From the NCBI RefSeq assembly GCF_021869535.1, contig NW_026262723.1, positions 115,754,001-115,818,000 on the forward strand: a DNA stretch of 64,000 nucleotides. The letters are read 5' to 3'. This document shows positions 50,801 through 64,000 of the stretch, piece after piece. The stretch is from Mytilus californianus (taxonomy: Eukaryota). Below the pieces are notes generated by a model that worked only from the letters and a program-made list of their open reading frames with translations, was not told where the DNA came from and did no database searches. Each line of letters starts with the position of its first letter. Position 1 is the first letter of the stretch. The position numbers were made by a program, and so were the translations under genes.

Positions 50801-53800
50801 ACGCATTTTTGGTGCAAACGGATTTCTCCCGTACCAAGTCAGGAATATGACAGTTGCTTTCCATTCGTTTGATGTTTTTGAGCTTTTGATTTTGCCATTT
50901 GAGAAGGACTTTCCATTTTGAATTTTCCTTGGAGTTCGTTATTTTTGTGATTTTACTTTGTACTGTTTATAATTACTTACCACATTATTAGCCTCGTATG
51001 GAGTTTGTGATTTATATAGTGGAGTATTACATTGTGTTCCATTATAAAAATCACTATTCATGTCAAACGCCATTAGATTTATAAAGTCCAAATATCTGGA
51101 AAAAACATTTGATAAAAGCAATTGATAGATATAACCAATGTTCTTTTTTTTTCTTCAGGAGAAGCACATTTGTGATCTGTATGTTGTAATAGATAACAAT
51201 AAAATCCAATATGAGAGTAGAAACTTCTTCAGTGTTTGCATATTATGAAATTCTTTTGATTAATATTGTATCTTCGAAGAAAACTTTTTAAGTTGAATTA
51301 ACTAGTGTCTAATACTATTTGCGATATTTTGCAAATAAAATATGTTCAAACTAACAAAAGAAAAAAAAAATGAAAGAATCTTCACCATTAATAATTAGAT
51401 GTAAAAAATAAAAATTTTACCCTGCTATTTTGCTGATTTCGTACGCAGTCTGTATTTCCGGTTTACTGGCTGCCACTGCTGCTGTTAACAACAGACGAGA
51501 ACTACCATTTCTTAAATATTCACTGTCATATTTTGTTCGTAATGTCTACAAAAAGTTTATTTTTCATCAAACATTGATGAACAATTAATCATGCTATAAA
51601 AAAAAATAGTATTAACATCAACTACTCATATTTACTTATTTGAAATAGTATTAGCATCAATTACTCATACTTACTTATTTGAAATAGTTTACTATCAATT
51701 TATTTTGAACAAAAAAAATATATTCAATTAAACTAGAAAAATAATAAATCCTTTACCTATAGAAATAAGGAGATGTTGCATGATTGCCAATGAGACAGCT
51801 ATCCACCGAAGTTCAAATGAAGTGAGTGTAAGCAATTACAGGCAACCGAAGGCAACCGAACGGCCTTCAACAATGAGAAACCCCTTACCGTTCTGTAGAT
51901 CTTCATATAAAACATTACAATTTGTAAATATGAACAGAAAATGCATTTTCTTTAAGATTTATTAATAATGTGTACCTTAACTAGAGAAGTAAATCTCTGT
52001 CTGTCCTCTGGAGGGCTCCCTCTGTTGGCAGGATATTCCCAATCTAAGTCAAGACCATCAAAACCATTTTGCCGAAGGAATTTTATTGAATTTGTAGCGA
52101 ATGCATCTATATTTGTTTGGTTTGCCACCATACTGGTAAATGGTTTAGTACCATGATTCCATCCTCCAACAGCTAACAGTAGTTTTAAGTCAGGATTTTT
52201 ACTTCTTACATCGTGCATCATTTCATACTGACCTTGTTCTGAAATCGATGTGTGTGAATTTATATTATTTTTAGCCAAATTTGTTTTCTGAAAATTTTAA
52301 AACAAACTGTAACAAATGAAATAGAAAATTCTAGTTGCTCAATTGACTTGTCGTTAATCACTGGTTTTTTGATAACGTGTTCTTTTAATAAAGTAAAAAA
52401 CCACAACATCTAGATATTTTAAAAGCAGTACTGGATAATTCAAACGTTTAACCAACCTAAAAATTGCTATGTAGTTAGACAAATATTCAATATAATATGT
52501 TATATAAAAAAGAGACGGATTTATAAAAGTTTTTTTTAAACTTGTTTCTGAATTCCATATTTGACTGCTATGTAAAATTGTACTATTTGATTACTATAAT
52601 TTTTCCGTAATAATTATTGTGTTAAAAAAGTCCCTATAAGAACAGAAACAATTATCAAGAAATAGTAAAACAACATTTAAATCAAGCAGTACGTCTGGTG
52701 CATCTGAAACAGCAGAACTGATGTCATAAAATAACCATGTCATCAAGAAATTACTGCCACAACATCAATACTGGTGTCATAATATAACCATGTTATCAAC
52801 GAATTACTTCCACAACATCAATACTGCTGTCATAAAACAACCATGTTATCGAAGAATTACTGCCACAACATCAATACTGGTGTCATAAAACAACGATGTT
52901 ATCAAAGAGTTACTGCCACAACATTAAAACTGCTGTCATAAAACAACCATGTTATCAAAGAGCTACTGCCACAACGTCAATACTGGTGTCATAAAACAAC
53001 CATGATATCAAAGAGTTACTGCCACAACATCAATACTGCTGTCTTCAAACAACCATGTTATCAAAGAGTTACTGCCACAACATCAATACTGGTGTCATAA
53101 AAACAACCATGTTATCAAAGAGTTACTGCCACAACATCAAAACTGCTGTCATAAAACAACCATGTTATCAAAGAGTTACTGCCACAACATCAATAGTGGT
53201 GTCATAGAATAACCATGTTATCAAGAAATTACTGCCACAACATCAATATACTGGTGTCATAATATAACCATGTTATCGATCGCGAAGAATCACTGCCACA
53301 ACATCAATATACTGGTGTCATAAAATAGACCATGTTATCAAAGTGTTACTCCACAACATCAATACTGGTGTCATAAAATAACCATGTTATCAAAGAGTTA
53401 CTGCCACAAAATCAACACTGGTGTCATGAAATAACCACATTATCAAAGAATCCCTGCCACAAAGTCAATACTGGTGTCATGAAACAACCATGTTATCAAA
53501 GAATTACTGCCACAATATCAATACTGGTGTCATAAAACAACCATGTTATCAAAGAATCCCTGCCACAAAATCAATACTGGTGTCATTAAATAACCATGTT
53601 ATCAAAGAATTACTTCCACAACATCAATACTGGTGTCATAATATAATCATGTTATCAAAGAATGACTGCCACAACATCAATACTGGTGTCATAATATAAC
53701 CATGTTATCAAAGAATGACTGCCACAATATCAATACTGGTGTCATAAGATAACCATGTTACCAAAGAATGACTGCCACAATATCAATACTAGTGTCATAA

Positions 53801-56534
53801 GATAACCATGTTATCAAAGAATGACTGCCACAATATCAATACTAGTGTCATAAGATAACCATGTTAGCATAGAATTACTGCTACACCAGTATAATTAAAT
53901 CAATACCTTTTACGAAATCAAATACAAATCTTCTATATAATCATGCCAAAATCAAGTAATAAATGTACATTGTATCGTCAAAAATTATAGAACAATAGGT
54001 TCTGCGAGAAAATCTCACAAAACGATACCCCAACCACTTACAAAGTTCATGCTTCAGTCAGTAAAAAAAAAACTCAAACTAAAATCAGAATCAATGTAGG
54101 GGATGCGCAATTAATTTTCATGGTTAATATTATGATAAATAGCTAGTTAAGAATGTACACCTCTGAGGAGCCAAAAATTTCTAGAATTAAACTTTTTTGA
54201 TTTTTGGATTTATATGACTGTTAAAAATTAATTGGTGAAGAAAAAATCATATGGTGGTGCACTTCTTTTTTTGCTACGGCCCTTTGAAAGTACCCAATTT
54301 TGATGATTTTCCTATTTTTCATCAATTTTTACCAATTTTTGGGCTATTATCGTGAAGAAAAAAAAACACAGTTCCACAACTAAACTTTTTTTCATACTTT
54401 CAATATAGATGAAGTGGACCAATCTGAATAAATTTAACTTAAAAAAACTATAGGTAGGTGTTAATATAAGAAAGTTTTATCATATTTTGATGCTTTTTTG
54501 TGTCAAATTTACCATGCTGTCAATTTTGTAAATTTGTGAATTTTCTGTATTTTAAGAACAAAGTGCATATTATTTCAACTTCTTTGTTATAAATGATTGA
54601 AAAAATAGATATCTAAGAAATTTGAAAAGAAAAAAGTGATATGGGATGTACATGTTTTTTGGTAAAATCATTTCCTGTACCCCTCATACATTTTCTCAAA
54701 ATTGTGGCTAAAAAGACTGACTTGATTGGTAATAGAATTTGAAAATTTTATTACTCAAAAACTACATAATGTAAATACACAATTTTTTGACTGAGTCAAG
54801 TTTGATTATAACATTTTTTGAATTCATTGATATTTTCCACTTGTATTACATGTTTTGGTAATAATTCCAGAACGAGATTTCAACGAGACTCAAACGTCAG
54901 AAGAATACATCCTTAATGGAATACAAACGAAAATGTATAGAGAACACTTATCGGTAACCAAATACTTACACCTTAATCTAACCATGCATGAATGAATTTT
55001 ACCCTATGCACAATTGAACCTACCCTATGCACATATGAACCTACCCTATGCACATATGAACCTACTCTATGCACTTATAAACTTACTCCATGAACTAAGA
55101 TCATTCCATTCATATGGTTTGATGTTATTGGATTCGACCTTGGCGAAGGCATAGACCACGTGCGTGCATAGAAACGGATCTACATTGTTGGCCTTGTACT
55201 TTCCGATTCCATTACGATACTGGGCCCAGTTTGTAAAGTAGCATACTCTTTTATAACTTGCAGTGGCTGAAAAAATATTTATGTGTTTAAGTACAGAAAT
55301 TTGTAGAGCAAATTCAGAAAAATAAATACTTAAGTACCAAATGAAAATGTCACATATATATATAAATACTTAGCATACCTAGCCATCATGCAGGTTTTTA
55401 CAAGAAAGCTGTAATCACTTGTTTAATAGAAAACAAAAGACATGGTTTCTTCATTCTGATAAAAATTATAGGTGATTTATAAACATTTGAATAAGAAATA
55501 CTATAACTTTACTTTATCAAAACTGCATCAAAACTACAAATTCTAAAATTTGCAAATATTATTTATGATGTAGCCATAAGATTTCGCACAACTTGTTTTA
55601 TTAATGCTCTTCAACTTAGAATTTGATTTGGCTTTCCAACTGTAATGATACGTGCGCCCCTGATAATTATTGTGTCGAAAGCGAGTCTGGGTGCCGAATT
55701 ATAACCCTGATGTTTATCTTTTGATGAGTTTTTTTTTAACCAACTGGTCGATTTCACTGCGCTGGGTGTTTCGAATAAGCGCATCGGCCGATATTGATTT
55801 CAAAATAAGTACATTTTTTTAGTTTGCTTTATTCAAATGTATTCTTTTCTCCGAATGTGGCAGACCGAATTAGACTTATCACCGAGTTTGTACTTACATG
55901 AGCAACACGACGGGTGCCACATGAGGAGCATGATATGCTTACTCTTCCGGAGCACCTTAGATCATCCCTGGTTTTTATTGGTTCGTGTTGCTCAGTCTTT
56001 AGTTTTCTATGTTGTGTGTTGTGTACTGTTGTTTGTCTTTGATCTTTTTCTATGTATGCCATGGCGTTGTCTGTTTATTTTCGACTTATAAGTTTGAATG
56101 TCCCTTTGATATCTCTCGCCTCTCTTTAACAATGCTATCTTTGCGTATTGTTTTACTTGCTTCTTTGTTATTGTTGTAGTAAGTAAAAATCTCATTACAG
56201 ATACAAGTCCTATAATTTCGATGAATACGCCAGGCGTAATGTCAAGTACAGACATTTACCGTATAATCCCCCCCCCCCTTATATCAAAACTTACATGCTT
56301 GCAAACAGAAATTATTTTTAAGGGTTATAGATGAATGTGGTTTTTGTGTCGAGAACTTGACTTTATACGGAAGGCACTTTTTTCCAAACTTACCTACCGC
56401 CTAACGTAAGGGGGAGGGGAAACTGATTTTAATCCACAGTACTAAACATTATAAATAGACAAGAGAATATGATAGTTTATTTATTTTTTCTTACCTTCTG
56501 ATAAAAGTAGAATCAAAACAATATAGCCGAACAT
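44803..56534 (-). CDS. Secreted GH18 chitinase / chitinase-like protein, copy 2, intact (402 aa, no chitin-binding domain)
   Basis: Exons 56495-56534, 55087-55266, 51976-52238, 51421-51545, 50981-51095, 47721-47906, 46402-46524, 44803-44979 total 1209 nt, phases compatible, no internal stop. Signal peptide, [46 protein letters not shown]. Confidence 0.93.
47987..48170. repeat. 36-bp minisatellite (5 units), paralog of 12134-12353
   Basis: Same unit, one fewer copy. Confidence 0.93.
48333..48616 (-). mobile_element. 5'-truncated family C insertion with 4-bp target-site duplication, copy 2 only
   Basis: CTAA at 48329-48332 and 48613-48616; empty site in copy 1 (CAGGG-CTAA-ACATG, ~12840); (TA)n tail at the element 3' end. 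Confidence 0.85.
49190..50830 (+). mobile_element. Defective Mutator-like (MULE) DNA transposon in chitinase intron 5, copy 2 only
   Basis: FLYWCH-like LESNRGKPVVVLDSHKFR (~49508); FADGTFKCCPKY...LYTTHG; internal deletion before LAFL; FPPSVW; RTNNGA*AFH with a stop at the expected catalytic Glu. TTGGCGCAA-type subterminal repeats at the right end (50697-50830) and an inverted remnant at ~49207. Confidence 0.88.
50620..50689 (+). ncRNA. Putative P1-type twister ribozyme within the MULE, downstream of the transposase frame
   Basis: P1 AAAAUGACU/AGUCAUUUU; U^A at 50630/50631; P2 UUCC/GGAG; GC; P3 CAGU/ACUG; P4 CCGG/CCGG; loop UCCCAAGC; AUAAA; GAGGG. Matches the published twister core GCCGGUCCCAAGCCCGGAUAAA except that the second A of UAA is U. 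Confidence 0.8.
51976..52238 (-). CDS. GH18 catalytic exon of chitinase copy 2
   Basis: [23 protein letters not shown]; acceptor tttcag|AACAAGG, donor AAG|gtacac. Confidence 0.95.
52730..53885. repeat. 53-bp minisatellite (~21 units), chitinase intron 2 of copy 2
   Basis: Same unit as 16277-16553, about four times more copies. Confidence 0.95.
55000..55075. repeat. 21-bp minisatellite (~4 units), paralog of 16915-17230
   Basis: CCCTATGCACATATGAACCTA units. Confidence 0.85.
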
Positions 56535-59500
56535 AATCCTCTGAAAAATGACAGAATTATAATTGTGTACTTAACAGTAGGCAAATCACAAACAAGGAAA
56601 ACCTCCACAGTGGAGAGTTACATGTGGAACATGATCTGCAAACCCTTCCGAAAATCCAGAGTTCACCCTCAAGGTTTTGGTGGAGTTTGCGTTGCTCAGT
56701 CTCTAGTTATCATTGTTGTGTTTTGTATACTGTAGTTTGTCTTTTGGTCGTTTTTTCTTTTTTTGCCATGGGGTTGTCAGTTTGTCATAGACTTATGAGT
56801 TTGAATGTCCCTTTGGTATCTTTAGCCTCTCTTTTACTATAATGTTTGACTAGATTGTAACCCAACCAAGCGCGAGTATAAGGGACACTTTAGATAAATA
56901 CTTAAAATAAATAAATTAAGAAATTATTTAAAAGCTAAAGTCCTAACTCTCTCGGACAAAATTGACCTTAGATAGATGTGGCTATCCTTTTGGTTATAGA
57001 GCTCTTCACATGTTTAAGTATTTTGAACATCATTTCCTTTACAAATTTTAGTTTGAGTGTTCCCGATGAAGGTCAAAGGCCATCGCTAGATTATACCATG
57101 GAGATATCCTCTGCAGCAAAAAAAAATAATAAAAATAAAATGTTCAGTTATCTGTAAGTGGAACATCTTACTGTTATGAAGATGTCAATTTAGATAGATT
57201 TGTAAGAAAAGTAAGATTCAGTCTTGGCAATCTGATCTTTAAAAATCTGATGAAACAAACAGAAAAATAGTGAGAAGTAAGTTAAGAAAATCAAACGCAT
57301 ATTCTTTATTCGTTTTTGTTACAAAATCGTTTCTCCGACTTCGGAGTTAGTAGGAATTTACCCATAGCCGTCAAACACAATCTTAAATCAAAGTTAGAGG
57401 GGCTTTATCCAGTAAACAGAAAGACATTTGCATGTAGCAAAAACAAAATATTTCTACAAAAACAACATGTAAATAGAACACGCCAGGTCAGAAGATATCT
57501 CTGGGTTTGGAAAAAAACAAATCTACCGATATCTTGTATATTTAAGTTTTCCCGCCAGACTGGACAAAAGAAGCAATTTTACTGCCAATATGTTAATTGT
57601 CGGAAATAATTGATAACAAAAATATAAAAAAAGGATTATTATTGCAGCATGTGCAGGTTACGCAACTGTTATTCACAACTGCATGTATACGTCTTTTAAA
57701 ACATCTAAGAATGATTGTGACGAAAAAAATGAACGAAAAAAAAAGTTTTGTGCTTGTAAGATGCTTATGCGAGAACTATCTTCACATTGTAAACTATATC
57801 TCTTTCAGTTTGAGCCAAGTGTTTGAATTCTTTGTGGTTCTATAGCGAATCCTTCAATTACAAGGGTCTGGATTGGTTGGTTGGTTGGTTGGTTGGTTGG
57901 GGGGGGGGGGGGTCTTCAATTCTGTAATCTTTAAATTTCTAAGCCATTTTTCTCTATTCTTTATTTATTTTGCATACAATGTATTATTCTCTATTCTTTA
58001 TATATTTTGCACATTATTCTCTATTCTTTATATTTTAGCACCCCATTATTCTCTATTCTTTATATTTTTACCCTATTCTACACTATACTTCAAACATTCT
58101 TTTGGTCGATTTATTTAACCTATTATTCAATATTCTGAAAAGCCCATCAAGACCCTCATTTAAGATAATTGCAGCATTTTAGTATCGTCTGAAATCTTAG
58201 AAATTATCTCTAATTGAATGTAATCATAAAGCAATTTTGTCACAACGGTTTCTAAAAATTAAGCTGGAATTTTGGACACCCTGATTTGCTGTCGTGAAAA
58301 ATCCTGACTCTCTGCTTTTTATTTCCGTACGAGATAAAGTCATGAATGGGTCATGAATTAGAGGCTACAACTGTTTACTGTTAATCAAATTTCATAAATT
58401 CATTTAGAAAATATAAGTCGAGGTAAAACAAACCTTAGAGAATCGCATAATCTCCAAAAGAGGCAAGACAGGGTGCATTGACAGGGTAAACGTCCCTGGT
58501 ATACATGCAACAACCGCCATTGATTATCACATTATGTTAAAATGTCACATCCAGAGTTGAGACATAATCGGTAAATTTATGGATAAGACTGTTCTAGTAT
58601 CCAAAGATCTAAGACCTCAAAAACATGTCACCAGAGAGTTTAAAGACTAACATATCGTATCAGTTAACAATGGTTAACATATTCGTGATGGTGATCGTAA
58701 AACTTACGTAGCGTCGATTTCAGTCGTTCTTTCTAATAACCGTGTTGGATTAGATTTATTACAATAAGAAAAATACAGAAATAATACGACAGTAAAAACT
58801 AGTATATACATACATTACCATAATGATGTAAATGTTTCAAAATCTAATACAAAACCACAACTATTCGTGTGTGAATGATTGAACAGTTTTAAAATGTACA
58901 ACAATTACTTCAAACAATTTAAAACCTGGACCTGCTTTGGTCAAAAGATGGTCCACTGTAAATCAGAAGTGTAGACGATAAAATGTACTCGTGAAATACA
59001 TTTGAACTACAAAAGGAAGAAACGGTTTCATTGGTCATTAACAACCTTTAGCTTGAAAGATCCTTCTAGTCCTGTTCTGATTAGGAACACGAGATTATAC
59101 ACACGTTTACATTATTATAAGAATAAGGTGTATTGCTTGTCAGTCAGGTGGAAGTCTTTATCTCAAAATTATAAACAGAATAATTTTAAACGTCAACAAT
59201 AAGAACAAAAATCAAGCAACGTACAAACAGAAAACCAGATTGACAACAAACCTATAAATTCGTACTACTACACATCTATATTTTAATATATACTTCTTGT
59301 TATTAATTTCAAAATCTGTTCAGGGGACTACGAGCTACACATTGAGATCAATCAGTCATTTGGAAACACAGTTATTGAATACCGAATCTTACCTAACAAT
59401 ATTATTGGAAAATATACATTATGAAAGAAGAAGACATTACAAAATAATCTTTGTTTTTTCTTTTGAATTTGTCGCGGCCTTTTATAGCTTACTGCACGGT

Positions 59501-62093
59501 TTTGGTTTGATCATTACTGTAGGCCGTACGGTGACCTATTATTGTTTACTTCCGCACGCTTTGGTCTCTGGTGGATAGTTGTCTAATTGACAAGCAAACC
59601 ACACACATCTCCTTATTTTTATATCAATAAGATTCGTTTATTTAAACATAATAAACAAATGACATATTCTATTTGTAGCTGCCAGAATCTCGTCCTCCAT
59701 TCGTGGTTTTTGACATCACTGAATGTAACTTCTTTATATGATCACTCGTTGTTACATCTTGTCGCGATCAACACGAATTTTGTTATACAACGTCTTACTA
59801 TGTTACCATCCTTTAAGCTGTGAAATCCTACTAAAAATAAAGGACAGACTTGCTTATAATATTGTTTAAAAGTGATATATATTTTAATACCTGCATTTTT
59901 CAGTAACATTTTTTTGTACTGATTTTTTTTAGTTCTTTTATATTCTTTTTGTTTTCAAGATGGAAAGAGGGTGGGCAAGATTTAAAACACAACAACAAAA
60001 ATAAAAACTAAACAAAAAAACTAAGTTTTACCCGGCTGAATGTTTATGTGCATTTAAGAACCTCAGTGTTGATGTTTGCTTTTTTATATCTCAGTTATTA
60101 TCACATATTGACACATTGCAAAGTTTTATATCGCCAGTTAAAATTGTAAAAATCGTTTTCTGCCATTAACTTTTGATAGTCAGCAATGGACTAACTTTGT
60201 ACCTCAGAACCATTTCTCTTTTCTACACTTTTCAAAACAGTAGGAAATATAATTTATCATTGCACTTTATACTCATGTTCATTCAACTAAATATATCTTG
60301 CGATTTAAATTCTTCCAATAACATATCAACAATAGAAACTCATTTGAAGAATATCAGTTGTACACATGTAATTTGCGTGTGTAGTGGCGTTGACACTCAC
60401 ACTAATATCTGTATATTTCATTCAATAGCGTATACATGTATTTGTCTTTAGTTGTACATAGATCGAGCTGCATGTCGCACTTTGATTAAAGTTAATAAAC
60501 ATACCAACTTTATAATACTTTATTGATATATAATAATCTCAATTATTCATAAGACAGGATAACATGAATCACCGAAAATACTGGACAGTACAACAATACT
60601 AACCACCAACACACAAACCTTAAAGAAAAAGGACGCACACACAAGAAGCTTTCAATGAGCAATAAAGAATACACAGTCGAAAAAACACAACATAGAAAAA
60701 AACAAAGCCTTTGCAACACGAACACAGAAACAAATAAAGAGGAACGGAAACCTTACAAAAAAACTAAAATTAAAAGAGAGACGAAAGATACCAATGGGAG
60801 AATCAAACTCATAAGTCGAAAATAAACTAAAATTGAAAAAGACAAACATACAAACAACAGTACACATAAGACAACATAGAAAACTAAAGACTGAGCAGAG
60901 GAGTAAGCATTTAATTTTTATTCAGTACCTGGTGTGCTGCAATTGTTTTTTTTTAAATGTAATTTGGTTTTGGAATTTCCAATAAAGAAATAAATTACCA
61001 ATATCGATATGTGTTGTACCTTTTTTTTACACGGAAATAACATTTTAAAACATAACACCTTTTGTCTCAGATTACGGTAAAATCAAATTTCTTTTTAATG
61101 ACTGCGGCATGTGCAGATAAACTGTGTACAGTAGATGTAAGCACTAATACCTTTCACAGAAAAAATACAAACAACTTTAGTAGAATAAGGTAAGTTTTAA
61201 TATTAATTTATTATTATCAAAATTGTTATTGCCGTATAGAAACTCAATATGAACACTCTTTAGAACATTGTATTTGACATCAACCTAAAATTGCATTAAA
61301 ACGAAGTATTTGAAATGCCCAGCGCCGTTTGCGAAAGAAGGCCTTTACTCTTCTTGCGAAATGCGAAAACAGTCGAAATGATCTTATGTTGTATGGTCCA
61401 AAAATTGCGGGTGAGGAAAATTGCTGAACGAAATTAACCAAATAAGTTGTTTTCATTCAATTAGATTTATAGAATGTATATATTTTTGTGCAAACATTGT
61501 TTCAGCGGTGAACATTTTTTTTTAAAATTTGATCATGTTTAGTTGATCAATGCTCACACATTGGTTAATTAATCACCAACGATTCACTAAGCCACGCAAA
61601 GAATGAAACTGGTTTATCACTAAGGGTTTAACACTAAGATTTGTCTCCCCGCAGGTTTAGATTGTCTTAGTCGTATTTAGCACAACTTTACGGAATTTTC
61701 TGTCATTTTATTTGATTTTTGCCGTCCAACTGTTTTGATACGAGCGCCACTGATGAGTCGTTTGTAAAAATAAAATTCAGAGCAAAATGTTAACATATTG
61801 AGATTGAATTTAATTTTGTTCAGATTGAAAAAAAAAATGTGGTATGATTACCAATTTAACAACTACCCACCTGAAATTGAAAAGGGTGTGGATGAAAGCA
61901 ACTATAGGTCGCTGTACGGCATTCAACAATTAGCAAAACCCATTCCGTTGACCAGCTATCTGGCATGGCAACATTGAAACAATTCAAACGAGAAAACCAA
62001 CATTATAATTTAACGGAAACAATAAATGAAAAACAAATATGACAGGCAGCAGCCAACGACTTAATATAATTATTCTATTTATTTTTTGTAAGA

Positions 62094-63158
62094 ATGAAGC
62101 TGTTTATTTTGTTGGTGTTTGTAATAGCGGGTAATGCTCTAGATTCGTGTTACACAAATGAAGAACGTAAAAACATTGAACAACTTCAAAATCATATCCT
62201 GGCTTTCACGAAATCTGTCGACACTTTGAAAACTGGCCTTAAAGGTGAGTACTACCCAAGATCTTTTGCTATTTTAAATGTAGGCTAACGTTTTATACGA
62301 GGGTTTTTTTTATAGTGAAATTAAAATTAGATATTTTAAACATCAGCAATCTTTCGTTATAAATTCAATTACACATTTTTCTTAAAAAGTTTTTAACTCT
62401 ATATTTTCTACAAAATGAGCTTAGAGTAAATTTTTAATTATGCTAAGCCAAGGCAGGCGACTAATATGTTTTAAACCAAATTGATCTTTATCTAATTGAT
62501 ACTTTTAAAGCATTGTAAATTTGTAAATCCTAGAATAGTATTTGTTGAATCGTTATATCATCTTCCAAGTAATCATAAAACTAGGATATACGTTATAAAA
62601 GATCCACAGACAGCATTAATACAAACTATAAAACAATTGATTATTTCATTTGACACATATGAGGTATAATCTAAACGAGTTAACTTCATAATTCAAAACT
62701 TTCATTCTTGTCATTGTCAAGCTTAAAAAACTTGACAAAGTCGTTCAGGATAGTATTGGTTAGAACTTTCCCATAGCCTATTGAACATGATGAACAGCAG
62801 TATACTACTGTTGCCTTTATCTACTATCATACTACTCAGTCGTTCAGAATATTTCATATGATCAAATGAGTCTATCACGTACATGCATATGTAAAAGAAA
62901 TATTCTTTTTAACATTAAAAGCCAAATTTAAAAAAAATAATGGCATGTTTAAAGGTCATCTCTGAAAAGAAATAAAGTATGGTATTACATAAAAAAAAGT
63001 AAGATAAAAACGGCAAATTGAAAAACAACGTCTTGCTTTATTTTTCATATATAGCGAAATATACTGTTTTGAATGGTGGATGCAAAAAAGGTTGGAAGTC
63101 TTTCCGGGACCATTGTTATTATCTTGTTAAAGACAAGAAAACATGGTTTGAATCAGAG
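62094..63158 (+). CDS. Secreted C-type lectin (perlucin-like), first two exons; gene continues past the window
   Basis: Exon 62094-62244 (signal peptide and helical neck, phase 1) joins exon 63055-63158 AKYTVLNGGCKKGWKSFRDHCYYLVKDKKTWFESE, the N-terminal C..GW....CY......W pattern of a CTLD; donor GAG|gtatga. Confidence 0.88.
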
Positions 63159-64000
63159 GTATGATTTTCGAGAATCTTAAAGTCTATTTACATTTTGAGG
63201 GATATTTATTCATAAGCAGGATTTCTCCTGGGTGAGATGCAAAAGGATTTAAAACTAAGTATGACAAGGGCCTTTTTGGGCACTTTGATTTTAAAATTAC
63301 AATGGAGTATCAGGATTACATATATAACTCTCTACAGATGTTCATAAGGCAAGAATTGGTCAGAAAACAGTAATGATATATTAATATTGTTTCATATATT
63401 TATTTTGGATGCCTTTAAACTTAATATTTCATGAATATTGCATAAAGTTATCACAATTCATGCAATATTTTTTTTTTATCTTTCAAGTAATGCGTGTACT
63501 TCAGGGAACGGAAAAATAAATTAAATGTTTATGTCACAATATGTCTTATAAAAAGAGTTTGATTTGAGTCGAGTTTTTGGTCATATCTATTTAATGGCTT
63601 GATAATGCGAATAGTGTGTATATTGTTGAACTTCGATGTTGGTTATTCGTTTCAAAATTAAGGAATGTCTCCCCCATAAATTACTCTTGTTCAAAGTCGT
63701 GCTGTTAGATATCGCCCTGTTAGATCGTTACAACTTTGGTTGTATGATTTTGGATCCTTAATATTTTAGTTCCGTAGTTTCTTGTTATACATTATTTGTA
63801 GAATTGCACATGTTATGCATAGGATTTTGAATTATTTTTAATGTTAAACAATGTACAGTGAATTATGATTGAGTTAATCCAAGTAATTTGGACTCTGATA
63901 GATAATTGTATTATTGGCAGTCATACCACATTTCCTTATTTTATATAAGTTAAGATTCACTGATTGTTGTGCAGTTGCATAAAATTTATCTATTTTCTTA

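Larger units (their letters stand above)
36837..62543. repeat. Segmental duplication, copy 2
   Basis: Same ORFs, exons and repeats recur at offsets of ~36.8-37.5 kb (e.g. ORFs 363/37204, 1115/37956, 3376/40623, 15495/51952). Confidence 0.97.

Overview
AT-rich, intron-containing animal DNA; the repeat landscape and gene families suggest a bivalve, probably a mussel (inference). Most of the window is a tandem segmental duplication with a period of about 36.8 kb (1-25483 vs 36837-62543). Each copy carries an orphan 3' exon of an ionotropic glutamate receptor (-), the orphan 3' half of a membrane-anchored GH18 chitinase (+, frameshifted), an 8-exon secreted GH18 chitinase (-; nonsense codon in copy 1, intact 402-aa frame in copy 2) and a divergently transcribed C-type lectin gene (+; cut off by a Ngaro-type tyrosine-recombinase retrotransposon in copy 1, two exons visible in copy 2). 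The non-duplicated middle holds the decayed Ngaro element (RT, RNase H, YR, SGNH hydrolase, split direct repeats) and two more iGluR exons with stop codons. A dead MULE DNA transposon, LINE remnants, five intronic minisatellites and many short interspersed repeats are also present. The most striking unexplained signal is RNA structure. Two different short interspersed families each contain a circularly permuted (P5-type) twister-ribozyme fold, with covarying pseudoknots and a palindrome where P1 should be. A P1-type twister sits inside the MULE, and decayed minimal hammerheads are scattered around. All structure calls were made by eye and need covariance-model and cleavage tests; I cannot check whether they are already published.
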